DNA of 64,000 nt from Epiperipatus broadwayi (GCA_028023455.1 JAQFVV010000004.1:16120001-16184000); one strand, 5' to 3'. Counted from the stretch's first letter, positions 23,255 through 38,289 are shown. The notes: generated by a model from the letters alone, not told the origin. Made by a program: numbers and translations.

Positions 23255-25960
23255 AATGGGGCACTATTGAAATTTGTGAAACCAAAAAAAACAACAAAAA
23301 AACTATTGATTTTAAAAATAGAAATGTATTATAAATACTGAATATTGGCAATACAAATGAAGAGGGATTTATTATAAATAAAAATGGAAGAACATTGTGT
23401 ATGTTGATGGTATTTCAGACAGAATGGTAGCATTAGTTATTCAACTTAAAAAATAGAAAATACAAATAATTCAGATTTATGCTGGGCATGAAATATTATG
23501 AATGGATTTTTTTGGCAAAAAAATCCAAAATGCATATGGAAACATCCAAATGAAAATGTCACAGAATGAGATTGTATTTTGACTAGCAGTAAATATGTAT
23601 ATCAAGACTGTCATATATCTAATAGATTTAATACAGAAAATGATCAGTGAGATGTTGGGTATGTGAATATAAAACTAGAGAAACAAAAGCTGTTAAGAAA
23701 GACCATGTTAGCAGATGATAGTCTAATTTTTAGAAATACTCTAATAAAGCTAGAACTTGTAAATTGTTTTAAATTATTGACATACTTGAATTAAGAAGAT
23801 ATATGATACTCTAACATTAGCTATATAGATAGCTGATAAAAAAATATAAAAATTCACCATAAATTTAAAAACAAGACAAATATATATATATAAAAGAAAA
23901 TGGAAATATTTTTAAATTACACATTTAGAAGAAGTGAATATTTGGAATTTTGTAAAAAAGTACAAAAAGTGTTGATAATGCCATAGAGAAATAAAACAGG
24001 GAATTAGAAAGGAAAACTGAAAAATAAAATAAAGTCTCAAAGCAAAAAACATTTTAGTATTGTAAAAAAATATATTTAAGGAATTAAAAAATATGGTACT
24101 TTTAATAAGAAAAGAGACAACATCTTAAAATGTCTGCAAGGATTCTACAAAAAAACTATATAATACATAACAACAAAGCAAAGTGATCTCTACGCTAAGT
24201 ATTTTAAATGTAGAGATGAAACATGCAATTAAATGTGAAAAATGAAAAGGTCCAGCCAAATATTAATTATTCTTATATCTTAAAAGAAGCTAGTGGAAAA
24301 ATACATTGGCAAAATTATATATTAAATGTCTAAATGATAGAGATGTCTAAGATGATTTTGTAGAATATAGTAATGATACATGATATTTAGAAAAGGCAAA
24401 TATTAGAAATTATAGACCTAATAATCTTCTATTACTTTTATACAAGATCTTTCCTAAGATCATTGCAGTTCATTTACATCAAACTTTGGACTCAGCTTTA
24501 AAAAAATGGATTTGAAAATAATTACAGCACAATAGATCATATCCAAAATATTAAGAGCTACCATTTTGGATTAGATTTGTTGGTTGTGAAAAAACAGTAG
24601 ATTTTATAAATATTTTCACAATACTAATAAGAAATAGACTTACTTGAGACAAGATAATTTTATATCTCCAAAACTTTTTATGACAATTTTAAGATAAGTA
24701 TTTAGTGGATTAAATTGGAGAACAAATGAATAAAAATTAGTGGAAATTACTGAAATCATCTATATTCTGCAAATTGCATAGTTATTTTTCCCATTAATAC
24801 TTCACAACTTTAGGAAATGTTACAAGATATATCAGATGAAATTAGGAAAATAGAATGAAAAACAAATGCAAAAAAACTTAAAATAATATTTATTGACTTT
24901 TCAAAACACTTTTTTTTATATGATTAATGTAGATGAAAACACAATAGACTAAATTAATCATGAATTAACCCACAGAAGTTACAACTGGTATGTGATACTA
25001 TACTAGTATAAATTTCCAAATGCCTGAATTTCATATAATTTTTTCAATTGGATAGATATACATCTCATTACCTTTTTAAATATTTTCTATTTTTCAAAAA
25101 TCACATTAGTTTGAATTTAGTTCATGTTGTATATATGTAATACCCCTGTTTTAGATTTAATGTATCTTATACCCCTTGTAGTCTAAAGACTGTAAATTTT
25201 CTTAGTTCTTTTGCAAATAATCACTTTTTTCTACAGTTTTAGACAAATATTATAATAATTATTGTAACTAATGTTTACAATAATAAAAAGCAAATCTATT
25301 TCATTATAGTAACTGATTGTAAGAAAGTAATCAATTGATTTCAGTTTGAAGCTTTTGCAAACAAAAGTAATTATATTTCTCCATTTTGATATTTTATGAT
25401 TATATATTTTAATTTTTTTATACAAATATTTTACTTATTGTAAATAATGCTTATGATAAAAAAAATCAAATTTGAAATGATAATTATGTAAAACAAATAT
25501 GATTCTTAGGAATGGTATGAGGTACTGGTTGTAGCATTTACATTATTATACCACATTGTAACTATTGCAGATGAACTTGGATGGAATGTGTGTAGTAGAA
25601 ATAATGTAATTTTAAGAAAAATATATATCCATGTTCTTTATAAGAAAGGTCAATGTCTTTAGTGATTATTTGTGAATCAGAATCTTACTTATTTTATAGA
25701 ATAATAGAAATATTGTAGACCTCGGGGAACGTGTAGGAGATGTATGTTGATAATAAACTAAAATCAGAATTGAAAGTAAGAAAACAAAAAAGTAATTTTG
25801 ACATTGTTGACAGAATTAAGAAAGTGAAATAGACTAGGCTGCTAATATTACTGGAAGACATGTCAATAGATGATGGACAGTTGAAGTCTTAAGTTGTATG
25901 TAAAATTAGGGAGGATTTACAAAAGATTTATTTGTTAAAAAAACTGGATTAAGCTTCAAA
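23255..25960 (+). pseudogene. Highly decayed RTE LINE copy
   Basis: Patchy homology to 53-2887, e.g. gatggtatttcagacagaatgg, caaataattcagatttatgc, ggaaacatccaaatgaa, agaaattatagaccta, and a 3' block near 25800-25900. Confidence 0.75.
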
Positions 25961-27502
25961 GAATTCTGCAGTGGAGCAATAATAGAAAATTATAATAATC
26001 ATGTTACATTAATTTCAACTATACATATAAAATGCAATTATGTATGTGTGATTTTATTTTTGCAGACAAAATACTTTTGATTATATATACAAATACATAT
26101 CTATAAAAAAGTTGAAATTTGAAAATTTAATTTCATAGAAAATCTAAATTATTTTTTAATTATTGTATACCAGTAAAGGCTGGCATTTTTTAAACACCTG
26201 AAAAAATAAATGGCTGTAGTCCACAGCATGCACTCTATAAAAGCAAGGCAAGGATTGCTTCTTTTTGATATTATTAAAACTTGGGGTGGAGGGTGTAATA
26301 AAATTTTCATATTAACATTTCTTTACTCTTTTTTCATAAAAAATTACAAAATTGAGAGTATACATATTTAACTTGATCTGGTCCATTTAATGCAATGTAC
26401 TAATTGCCTTTAGAATGACATAACTTCCATAGGATTTTCTAGATTTAAACTCATTATCTTTCCGTTTCTCATATGTAAATGTCAATGGAAGCAGTTTTTG
26501 AATTAAATATGCATATCAATAAGAAGTTATGCCATTTCTTGTTGGTACTGCTTGACAATAATTTGAAAGTATTTAGTATAACTTATATAAACTACTCTTT
26601 TTTATTGCGTTGCCAAATGGATACCATGTAATACTAAATTGTCCAATAGTTTACTACTGTTACACAATTCTTTATTTACCACTCTTTATTAAACTGTAAA
26701 GTGCTTGGACAATTTAGTATTATATGGTATAACTTATATAGTTTTTTTCTCTCAGCAATAGCAAATTATTCCAGTATAATAAAGACAATAGTTCAGATAT
26801 TTTGTTTCATGCTTCAGATGAGTTATACAATACAGTAAATCTTCTACTGTAATTCAAATGTTATTAAATGTATTTTTATTAAAATTACAATGTATCATTC
26901 AATCTCCTCTTTGCTTTATATTGTGTATATTTTTATGATTAGTTTTGATCCTTTGTAATTTTGAAACAAGTAATTTTTTATTGACAAATTTTATTGATAA
27001 AGAAATAATAATAAAGACAGAAAGACCAAAATCAGAAATGACAAATTTAAATATGAAAATTAAAAGCTGTATTTGGAATTTCAATACAAAACTATGACTC
27101 AATATTTTGATTAATAAGATGTAATATATATATACGTCTTCTTTTTCATAATGAAAAGAAATGAATGAAATTATGCTGGTTTTAATGATTTAAATAATTT
27201 ATTTAATATCCAAAAATGCATGAAAATTTGATAAATTTTCTGAAACAAAATGATTTCATTTAAAACACTTGGTTTGGTTTATATTGTTTGTACTATGAAT
27301 ACACAAAATAATTAAAAACCATAAAAAATATTGAAATATGTAATTATTGTAAAGTGTTATTTAGGAATGCATGGATTAGTATTCTGTAGTCATGAAGATA
27401 ATCAATCCTGCCATAGATGCAATTGAGAATTATGATGAACTAATATCATGCCATTTAAATTCTGCAAACATTTTTTTCAAGATTTCAAGTGAAATATAGA
27501 AT

Positions 27503-27899
27503 GATATTAATATCATTTATGTTCTTAACTACTTTTTACGATGCTTTTTTTACAACCCACTATTGATAGTTTCGATTGCCCCAACAATCTTCTTCAGAAC
27601 TATAACAAACACAATACAAATACAGAACACAAATGTAAATGAACATATAATTTTATATTTTATATATCCTATCTTATAATCATTATTTATATACCCACAA
27701 ATGATTACAAGATAGAATATATATATATATGCAAAATTATGTGTTCATGTATTTGTATTGTGTTTGTACAGTTCTGAAGTAGATTACTGGGGCAATCAAA
27801 ACCATCAATAGTGGGTTGTAAAAAGAGTATTGTAAAAAGTAATAAAGAACATAGATAATATTAGTATTATATGGATTTGGAAATGCAATAAAAAAGATA
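27503..27899. mobile_element. Family B2 palindromic Penelope-like insertion
   Basis: Inverted repeat. Minus-strand CTGAAGA-a-gattg-ttgggg-caatc-GAAA (core 27591-27597); the plus-arm core is mutated. Tail on the right. 11 bp TSD aaatatagaat (27492-27502 / 27900-27910). Confidence 0.8.
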
Positions 27900-28670
27900 A
27901 AATATAGAATAATTTAATAGTTTCTGTTGAAAATATTTGTATTTATAATGAAATAAAAAGTTCTTTATTTGTTATGATATTACTTTATGGAAACTTCTGA
28001 TTAAAGAAATATTTTACAATTATCCACTGTGCTTAGATACTATTTAAATCAAAAGCTTCCGAATGGTTTGTTGAATTAATAAATATTTGATTTTATAAAA
28101 CTTCATCAATTATTAAAAAAAAAAAAAGATTATAATTGAGAAGCCAATTGCACAAATCTTTGATGGCACAATTTACATATAATCGTTTGTCAAGGCTTTA
28201 AACAATGATAAAACAATATCAGATCTTTTTGTTTGTTGCTATGTTTATTGATTAAATCTTATTTTGTCTCAAACTCTTGAAAAATCGCAAATCAAAGAAT
28301 GTAAAGCAATCTTTGAAACAATTGTGTTTTTCTATGATAGTATTCAGAAATTCTGAAAAAATGAACTAAGTAAATAAGTTAGATGTCCATTTGCAACTTC
28401 AATGAGATGGAAGTACAATGGAAGGATTATTGAGACACTTTTTGAATGCTGATAATATTTTACAAAAATAAACTAATGATATAAAATATTAATAATTAAT
28501 AAACAATCTCTTATAAATGTGATCAATTCAAAAATTACTGATATAAGTCAAACGAAATATCTATGTTTATGTGTGTATTTGATAAGAAAAAGTGTCTTAG
28601 AATTGAAAATCTAAGCAATCCAAAAAGCAATTACAGATTTTTCTATGAAATTTTAAAGAATCTTTTTATA

Positions 28671-29117
28671 CATTGTACAGGTTTACACCTGCATTTATAT
28701 ATGTAATATATGCGGGATTCGAACTCAGACTTTCACACGACACACAACTCTCAGTGCCATCTTATATTGCTGACCTACCTGATCACACACATTTTGAAAA
28801 GATAAATAATCACCAATATCCGTATTTCGTGCTAAACCAGCACTCATCAGTTGGTCCAGATTACCTTTTCCACACATATACACAATCAGTACTCAGCTTT
28901 ATATTAATATATCCAATCTTCATACTTTAATGGACAGGCTTCAAACTGATTGTATATATATGTGGAGATGGTAATCTGGACCAACTGATGAGTGCTGGTT
29001 TAGCACGAAATACGGTTATTGGTGAACATGTGTGTGAACAGATGGGTCAGCAATATAAGATGGCACTGGGAGTTGTGGGTCGTGTGAAAGTCTGAGTTCG
29101 AATCCCGCATATATTAT
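28671..29117. mobile_element. Family D palindromic Penelope-like insertion with canonical hammerheads
   Basis: Arms at ~28706-28891 and 28944-29117. The inverted tail is at 28671-28703. 12 bp TSD aatctttttata (28659-28670 / 29118-29129). Confidence 0.87.
28811..28855 (-). ncRNA. Type I hammerhead ribozyme motif (family D)
   Basis: accaa-CTGATGA-gtgct-ggttt-agcac-GAAA-t-acgg-a-TA-ttggt, with all three stems paired. The mirror copy at 28980-29023 has one stem III mismatch. Confidence 0.85.
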
Positions 29118-30265
29118 AATCTTTTTATATAAATAGATGAGCAAAAAAAAAGATCAAGTTTATCTTTTTCAGGAATTGAAAATTACCGCAAATTTCTTTC
29201 ATGAAGATGCTTTTGGAAATTTAAGCAATATTTACGATAGATATTTAATTTTTTTAGATTAAGAGATGTTTGTAATTCAGATGATTTAAAAAACAAAAAT
29301 GTCAATAAATTTTTGAATATACAATTATTACTGGTTTAATTCTATCTTTCTGTACTTTGCACTTTAATCTTAACTTTATCGCCTAACGATATATCTGTAG
29401 AAAGATTCTTTTTAGTGCTAAATAGAATTAAAAATCATGTCTGAAGCGCTAACGAGTATGGCTATCAAGTTTTTATTAACAAATTTGATTAGCAATTACA
29501 CAAAAACATTTATAAAAGACATAATCAAAGATTTTATAAAACAGAAAAGGAATGAATTATTTTTTAAATAAACCTGCTATAAATGTTTTATATATAAATA
29601 TTCAATTAATTAAAAAAATTGACTTGCTTTTTTTTTTAAAAAAAAATCATTGTGCATCATTGATCTAAGTTATAAGTTACCATAATTATTGTAATTAGAT
29701 AGATTTTTTTTTTTTTTTCAAAATAAGAATATAATGGGAAATATTCTGCCGAATGGCAAAACAATATATTGCTATTATTTTTATAAAATGGTAGATTGAC
29801 TTAGTCCATGTTTTGTGTTGTCTCCAAGTGTTTTCCTATTTCTCAACTTTCCCAATATTGTACTCCTAAGGGACTATTCATGTTTGATTTCTGGACTTTA
29901 CAAATAATTCCTAATTGTAACATTCATTTGTCTTTCCCCCTTCACTATGTTGCTCCTTAATTTCATTTTTACAATTCTCTGTAAACCTCTTATTTAACTA
30001 TATTTGTACCTTTTTTGATGAATAAACTTTCATCACTGAGAAAAAAAAAATGGTAAAGGACAATATAAATTACTTGGTTAATGCAAAATCATGTCAAATA
30101 GTATATTAATAATTTTTATTAGTCATTCTTTAGACTAGAGATTATTCAATAATGAATAATATTTTTTCTGTTAAATAGTGTTTAAAGAGTTGTGTCCCAA
30201 ATGTATATATTTACATATACTAATGCATCAAGTAAAACATATGTTATTCTACTCTTATGGAAACT

Positions 30266-30365
30266 GTGATTATAATAGTCAATAACTCTGGAGTTTCAGA
30301 TGACACGTAAAAAACTCATAAATTTTCAAATTGGGTGATTATAATAGTCAATAACTCTGGAGTTT
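30266..30365 (+). repeat. 31 bp direct repeat with 38 bp spacer
   Basis: gtgattataatagtcaataactctggagttt at 30266 and 30335. Confidence 0.85.
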
Positions 30366-33339
30366 TGTTTAGCATTGATTTATCATATGATATGGCAATC
30401 TATTTTATCTTTTAGTCATCATATCAGTAATTATTTGAATAACATATATTAGTCAAGAATCTTTATCCTTTAGATCAGTGAGGCATAACCTACCGGTTGT
30501 GATCCTTGAGGGATCAGGGAAAAAATTTTGGGTATCATAAAATTATCAAGAAATTTATGTGTCACAATAAAAAAAAAAGAATTTTTTATTTAAGAATAAA
30601 AATAAAATAAAAAATAAGAATGTATTTCATTTTTATATTAATTAAACAATAGTGCATTTAATTACACATATTGACACTATAATGCCATTAGAGTGTAGAC
30701 TAGAGAACTAAAGATACTCAGATTGCAGTTAACTTGTCATTTATGATGCTCAGATATTATATAATCTACTAAGTTACAAATAGTTCAATTATTATTAATG
30801 CTATAATAACATAATACTTGAAACAATAAACACCGCATGATATTTATGTTAAATAATATTTATATGTTAAATATTATGTTAACATAATACTTATATGCTA
30901 AATATTAAGGCAAAAATCTCTCTAGATCAATCCATAATTGTTAGGCAGTGATGGTTTTTGCATTTTTCTCTCTTGCTTTACCTTATACTTAATAATATGT
31001 GGATACTTATCACTAATCAACATTGAATAATAAATGGGTGGCTATGATTAAGCTAACTGATTTCAAGTTTCACTAAATTCATTTACTAGGTTATAGACAG
31101 ACACATATCCCAATCACTACATCATGTGAACATTGAAAATAACCACATTTAAAGGTAAAACAGTATGTAAAGGGTGCACTATGGAGCAGAAGCCTTTATG
31201 GCAACCCTCCAAAGAATTTTTATATATAACAAATAAATTTATATTTACACTAGATTTTTTTTGATGCAGACAACAAACGTGATTTGAAATATTGATATTG
31301 GTACTGTTAAGAAAATGTTTAGAGAAAGTTTATTGACATTCTAAAGAGTTTTTACTGTGATGAATTTGTCCTTCGTTTCACAATAAGTGTTAGAAGAAAG
31401 AAAAAGTGGGACATTTAGAATAAGTAAATGTTCTTTGATTTGAAATTTCAAATTTCTAAAAAATTATATGCATTCTTCACTTAGTTTATCTTACAGTTTC
31501 AGTTATCTAGTTATCTTATTCAGAGTTTTTAAATATCTTTTTATTTAAATTGGGAGAAATGAAAAATATTTTTAACTCACGAACAGTAGCACCTTATTGG
31601 ACAAGACGCTGATGAGATCGAAAACTTTGATTTGCATTTTAACCCTATCTCCTTGCTTCATTACTCAGTTTTATTTTAAATACGGAAATCAGGAAAAAAA
31701 GAAAGAAGGGATTTCTAAGTATGATTTTACATTTACAAGTCAACTAAAATGTATGCTTATGTTTTCTACTTTAAAGAGAGGAATAGCCATTTTCTTTAAC
31801 ATGTAAACTTAAATAAATCATAGCTGATCCAATGCTATATTTTTATGAATGGCAATGTTATATACTCCTAAGAAATGGAATCTCATGCTAGAATGTTTTT
31901 TTTCTTTTTCAATTACATGTATAGTGGCTAAAGTTTAATCAATATCATAGAAAGATGCATTTTGAGGCATTATGAATACCAGAAATGTCATGATTTTAGA
32001 AAACTTCAGCTCAGAATTTATATTGATTATACCAGATCTTTTTATATTAGTAAAACTAATCTGAATTGGACAGGGTACTAACTACTTAAAAACACAAGTG
32101 CAGAAGAAACATTCAACAATTTGGGGGAATCTTTTGATGACAAATACATCTGTAGCATCGGGTTTTTATAAATCTCTTGCAAGTTATTGCACTGCACATC
32201 TCTTGTCTCTAAATTCCCTTTCAAAGTCCAATGACATAGCTAAAAAAACTGCATAATGTACACATAAAGCAATATCTGAAGCTTTCTACCAACATTGTAA
32301 TTCTATGTGACTAGTGTAAGGTGCAAGAAATGTTATCAATAAGTCAACAGCTTTGAAAACATTTATCACCATTAAGACCAATATATATATATACAATAAT
32401 AGAAATAGAAAATAAAGAACAAAACCCTTCTATTAAAATAGCTTGCAAGCTTTAAAATAGGTCATATTGTGTGAGGAAATTTTAACAAAAACCATTTAAA
32501 AGAATCTTCAGTAACTAAACTCTTAAAATATTATGATAGTTAGATTTTTTCATTCAAACGAGGTCAGAAAACATCCTAAAATTATATTAAATTGAATTAA
32601 GATAAATTGAACAAAACCAATAATGAAAAGAGTTTTTCAGATAACATTACTATCAGTGAAATAATGAAAGCCAGAATTCGTGACTAAAGAAAGAAGCAAA
32701 TCTGCCAGAAAGTCCTTGCTAAACTGAAAATTATTTGAATACTTGAAAGATTTCATCCAGACAGAACAGAAGAATTCTTAAAACTCTCAGCTTCAAGAGT
32801 AAGATAAAAATTCTAAATCTATATATGTTGAAGATATGTTGAGCTGAATGTAAAGTAAATATTATAATTATTTGTAAAAATTAATACTTTTAAAGTGAAT
32901 TCTTCATGTGATGCATTCAGCAACATATCAATTTTTAACTGATATATTGCCTGATTATATCGTAGCTGAGATTTATCTAAAATATATATATAGAAAAATT
33001 CCATTAAAGTTATTAGAGCTCATAAAAATCATCTATTATATATAATATAAAATTAATATGCTATAAATATATATATACATAATTTCATTAATTGTTTTTC
33101 TACTATTTTGGAGAGGACTTTATCCTGAGTAAGCTATTTAAGATCTGTTTAATCAGTAAAATATGAGTTTATGATATAAAGCATTCTCATTCATCTAGCA
33201 GTACAACTAAGATATATAAAAAAAGCAATGCATAACGCTCGCTGAAATCTATATAAAATATTTGAAACATTCCATAGTTATATTATTTCAGCCACATTCT
33301 TCCTTTAAATACACAAAAACCTGAATTTGCGTAGCCATT

Positions 33340-33697
33340 AAACATCACATGATCACCAAAGACACTAAAATGTATGGGTACTGAACTGAGTTCAGACCTA
33401 TATGATTATATAAGCTAATAAGCTTAGATTGAAAATATTATCGTGTTTTCAATTTTATTCTCATAGTTTTGTAGTTAAGTAGGGATAAAAGGTGGCTGCT
33501 GGAGGGTTGCATTAGATCCTAAGATATAGGTGCAGTGCTATCAGATCCCAAGCTTCTTACTGATGAAAGCCACAAGCTAGAAACTAGTCTGGAGATATTG
33601 GATGAGTAGGCACTAGATAGGGATTTTATACACAAGCCTATTTATTATTCAGGCTTGCACTGAATGGCGCTACTGTATGGAGAGTTTTGCCTGTTTT
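33340..33697 (+). mobile_element. Family A Penelope-like hammerhead element (older copy)
   Basis: Short inverted tail plus long direct segment. Core at 33560. Stem I is degraded and the TSD is imperfect. Confidence 0.82.
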
Positions 33698-35213
33698 AAT
33701 ACTATTAAATTTGTGAATAATCGGAAGCCGCTATTTGAACGTAAACAAGATTTATTTTAGTTGCTTGTTTTTTTAAAAAAAAGCTTATGATAAATTGCAA
33801 TTTATTGATAAATAAAAAGTTTTAAAATTATAAATTGTAGTTTCTGGAAAAAAAAAATTTGATGGTAGCATTTACTTTTATATTGACTATCTATTTCAGT
33901 TTTAAATAAATATTGTTCTTTGGTTCAAATTTGATGACATACACAGTATGCATATAATAGATGTAGTATTAAAGTAAATATATATGTAATATTTATTTGA
34001 ACAAAAACAAGTCCTAAATCATTATAACATCAAACTTGAAAAAAAAAAAAAGTTTTCTAATAATAAATGCTGACTCATTTAACGAAACAACACAAAAACA
34101 TAATCTCACTACGTTGCCTTGAAATAAATAAAAAAAGAGATTATATTCTATAACAGGTACTCCTATGTAAGCCAATTCTAAGTGTATAATAATTTTTAGA
34201 GCCTGTATATTTTTAATATAGATAAACTTACTTAATAGTAAATCGTGTCGCCTTTTCTTAAGAAAAGATAGACAAGATAAAACAACCATTAAATAACACA
34301 TTTCAGGGCAAAGGTTTTTTCCTATCGCTCTTTATAAAGGTAAACAGTGAAGGAGAAGGCAATACTACATCATGCTTGCCTATTGAGAGATGTTGAAAGT
34401 TTAAATATACAGTAGGGCAAAAAGTTACGATACATTTAGTTACAAGCTCCCCGCCCCCGCATACAACGAAAATTTCCTTGCATATAATAGCTCACCTTTT
34501 GTTGATAAACAATAATTACTATAGAATGTGTATTATGTACTGGATTTTAAATATACACTACAGTACATTTCTACATGCATTTACATATAAAAAACAGATG
34601 TGGGTGTGTATAGTGCGCGTACTGTATATAAATTAAAAATACATGTACAGACAAAATTTTAAAATATATATATAGTAACGTAGTTATTAATAATAAATTG
34701 TAAAAACATCTTTATAGAACTTCTCTCTTTTTATAATTTATTTAATAAAAAATTCATTTTTTTAATACGACCCACTTCTGAATAAGATTTTTATTTTCTT
34801 TTTTTATGAAAACTATAATTTTCATTTTCTCCTTTAATGAGAGTACATTAGATATATTTTTTTAAAACTCTCACTCATAATTTCTAAAAAAAAAATGTAT
34901 TTTATTAAAGATATACAGAATATAACTTTTTGAAGAAAAAAACATTTGGAAAAAAATCAGTCTACGTGCTTTTAACTAAATCCTGAATTAAATGTGTAGT
35001 GTGAGAATATGATGTTTAAGCAAGGGATGGGGGGGGGGGGGAACTAAAGTAAAATTTAATAAGTTTGTAAATTTAATTGTCTTTATTATTTGTTTGTTTA
35101 CATTTTTGTTTATTTACATTATTTTTTCTTAGTGTTTAATTGAAGTCATATAGTTTTATATGCATAGTTAGTGGTTCCACTGTATTTCCACTCTTGTTAT
35201 CATTTACTAAGTC

Positions 35214-35736
35214 CAGGGCCAATCAGAGGGGGGGGGTTAAGGAGGGGAAGCTGCCCCAGATCTTGCAATATTATGGGCCTCAATTTGCAATTCAATATAT
35301 TAAACAAAACTATAGGAGAAGGCAAAGCAAGGTCATGGCCTTAATTTTACAGTTGAGATTCCCCCAAAAAATATTTGAGAAAAACTTTTCCAAGCAGGCA
35401 TGTCATGAGTCAACAACATAAGCCAATTTAGAGATGAGGGGCACTCTGCGACCGGCAGAACTAATAGTCTCAGCCCCATGTCGGTCAATTCTGTGCTAAC
35501 AGTGTTTTGCAATAATAACAGTGCTAGAGTGAATCTAATCTATCTAAGGGTTGTCTGAATCTGATCTTCTTGCTTGTTTCAGTGACTTGTAACTAACTGC
35601 TCCCGGAGTCTTGTTTTCAGCCCTGGAAGTAAAAACTCTTGTTTCTTCTCTCTCTCTCCACATTCTTGTTTTAAATTTTGAAGGGCCTCTAAAATATTAG
35701 TTGCTCAGGACCTCACATTTTCTCTGAAAGACTCTG
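35214..35736. mobile_element. Probable hAT-type MITE
   Basis: Imperfect TIRs cagggccaatcagag / ctctgaaagactctg. The 8 bp flanks match at 5 of 8 positions. Confidence 0.5.
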
Positions 35737-36574
35737 GATAAGACTATCTAGATACCCATTTAACAACTAATATTGGATAGTTAGCTAGATTGCCTATAGA
35801 ATGATTATTTTGAAAGAATAATTATAACCCTGATTAGAACCTGAAAAAAATTCCTGTTTTATCTAAAGATTTGAACACTGGTCATAGATATGGGGCATTG
35901 TATATTTTAACTCAGTGCCATGAGTCTAGGTACTTTGTTAGTAAATTATTTATTTTTTTATGCGCTATTTCTTCTTTATGGGGGAGAGGGGTGCATGGAC
36001 ATTAGAGGAAGCCCTTTGCACAGCAATTAGTTAACCTAATTTTTAAAAATCTATGTTTAGCCTCAACATTTTTTCACATCGAGTTATTAAATAAATGTCA
36101 AATTGTTTTTTAAGTGTAATAGAAATGATGCATTTAAAAGTAAAAAAAGAAAGAATTCTTCACAACCAAGTTTTCTGATCTTTTAAGACTTGCTGTCTTT
36201 AATGCCAGACAATTGAAAACCTTAACATTTAATAGATAAAGAACTAAATAAGTAGTTAGAAAGTTGCAGTTGTTGAATAAAAAAAAGATATTAACTTATA
36301 AAAATAAATTGCTGAAAAAACTAGATCTTTAAATTGTAATAATTTTGTTCAATGCTTATTTTTTATTTAAAAAAAACTTCCAATGTTAAAAATAGTTCAG
36401 ATTACTTTTAAAATCTTGGTTTTTATATTAATTTTAAAACAAATAATGTTTATTTTAGGAATTTTTTTGCTTAAAATTTTTAAAGTGTATACTTCTATCA
36501 GCTTTAAAAATTAATTACACTTTAAAAATTAATTTTATTAAATAGCAATCAATAAGTGAATGAAGTAAATACCA

Positions 36575-37466
36575 TTCTAATTTTTTAGTTCTGCTTCAGC
36601 ATTCTTTTTTGATTGATATTTCATTGAATTATCTATTGCCAATATCAATTTTCCGTTCGAACCTACAGACACGCCTCCACCATTTGCAAGTAAATGGACC
36701 AGTGATCTATTCACATACACTAACAGCCTAGTTAACATCACAGAACAAACTCTACAAAACAAGAAGACTTATTGGGAGACATATAAGCTTATAATTCCAA
36801 ACCAAACTAATTTGCCTTCTCAGCTGGGAATAAATAACAAGCAAATCATCAGGCGTTCTAAGAACTGGCTCTTTGAATCCAAATATATTGACTTTGTACT
36901 CAAATTCAATCTCTCCTCACTTCCCACCAATCATTTCTTGGTTTGGAGAAGAGGATTCACAGTGTCAATTATGCCAGACTGATAAGGAAACGATCTGGCA
37001 TCTCTTTTACTCCTGCTCTTTTCTAGCTCCACTTTGTGATTTAATTGTCAATAGTGGGTCACGTGGAATAACAGATGCTTTTTCCATTAGCAAATCCGTA
37101 GAAAATGGTACCTTCTCCATTATCAGACTTTCCATTTTTCTCCATTTTGCCATTTGGCTTACTAGATGCAAGCTAATATTTACCCAAACCAATCACGACA
37201 TCTGTCATGTTTTCACAGAATTGATCTTGAAAATTAAGGAAAGAGACCAACTTCTGGCTCCAGACCGTTTGTTCCAGGAAACCTGGGCAAGAATTAACCT
37301 TAATTACAAAACACTCATTGCATAAGACTAACTACATCCTTGTGCGAACATTAACAAACTACTCAATATTCAACCTATCATGAACTAATGTTTACTAACT
37401 GACTACAATGTTTTTGTATTTTTATTTTCAAGAATAAATTTGTTCTTTTAATAAAATAAAAAAAAA
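36575..37466 (+). mobile_element. 3' end of an L1/Tx1-type LINE
   Basis: Frameshifted zf-RVT-like region (KFNLSSLPTNHFL; CQLCQTDKETIWHLFYSC), then AATAAA and poly(A) at 37450-37466. Confidence 0.8.
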
Positions 37467-37744
37467 CAACCTCTTTCTTTAATTATTTGCTTTTAAAATG
37501 ATTAATTTCTATTTTGTAAGATAATAATCATTGAAACATTTTCTTCATTAGATGATATGGTGATCCTAGGGACATTCATTTTTATATTGTTTTCTTTTTC
37601 GACTTAAATTTCTAAAAAATAATTGCATTGAAATTTTTTTTTAATAATCTGTAGTATAACATCAATATATTAAAATATGCGATTTATATCAAATAAGCAA
37701 ATTAGTTTATAAGTAATTTACAATTTCTGATATACTTGTATAAC

Positions 37745-37975
37745 AATATAATATTAATATCATCTAAATTCTTTATTACTTTTACAATGCTTTTTTTACA
37801 ACCTAATATAACAGTTTCGATTGCCCCAACAATCTTCTTCAGAACTTCTTATATCTCCAATCAAAACTGTCATATTAGATTGTAAAAAAAAAAAAGCATT
37901 GTAAAAGTAATAAAAATCATAGATGATCTTAATATTATATGGATTTGGCAATGGATTAGGAAAGATAAAGTTATA
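37745..37975. mobile_element. Family B2 palindromic Penelope-like insertion
   Basis: Inverted repeat homologous to 27503-27899. Minus-strand core at 37836-37842. The tail tatatggatttgg... is on the right. Flanking atacttgt repeat. Confidence 0.75.
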
Positions 37976-38289
37976 ATACTTGTGTATAATACATATTAAA
38001 CTATGTACCTGAAAACATTCTATGCTTGTTAAAAGAAAGAATTTTTATTCTAAGGATTTTTACACATTATATATATATATATAGAACTTTTTGAAAGCAG
38101 GTTGGAGTAAGTAGGCAATATGGTGATATAATCAAGTGATAATCCTTGATCCTAATCAGTAGTGGTTTACTTTTGCTTTTCATCCTCTAATATAGATTAT
38201 TCTAAGGCACAATTTTAGAATCATATAAAATAATAAATTTTCATGCTTTACAAAGATGCATAATTGAATTTAGAAGTTTTCATGAAATA

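Noticed and set aside
30266-30365. CRISPR-like repeat-spacer-repeat
   Set aside because: Only two repeats, no cas genes, and a eukaryotic context.
30476-30550. hAT MITE left end cagtgaggcataac
   Set aside because: No matching right TIR or TSD was found.
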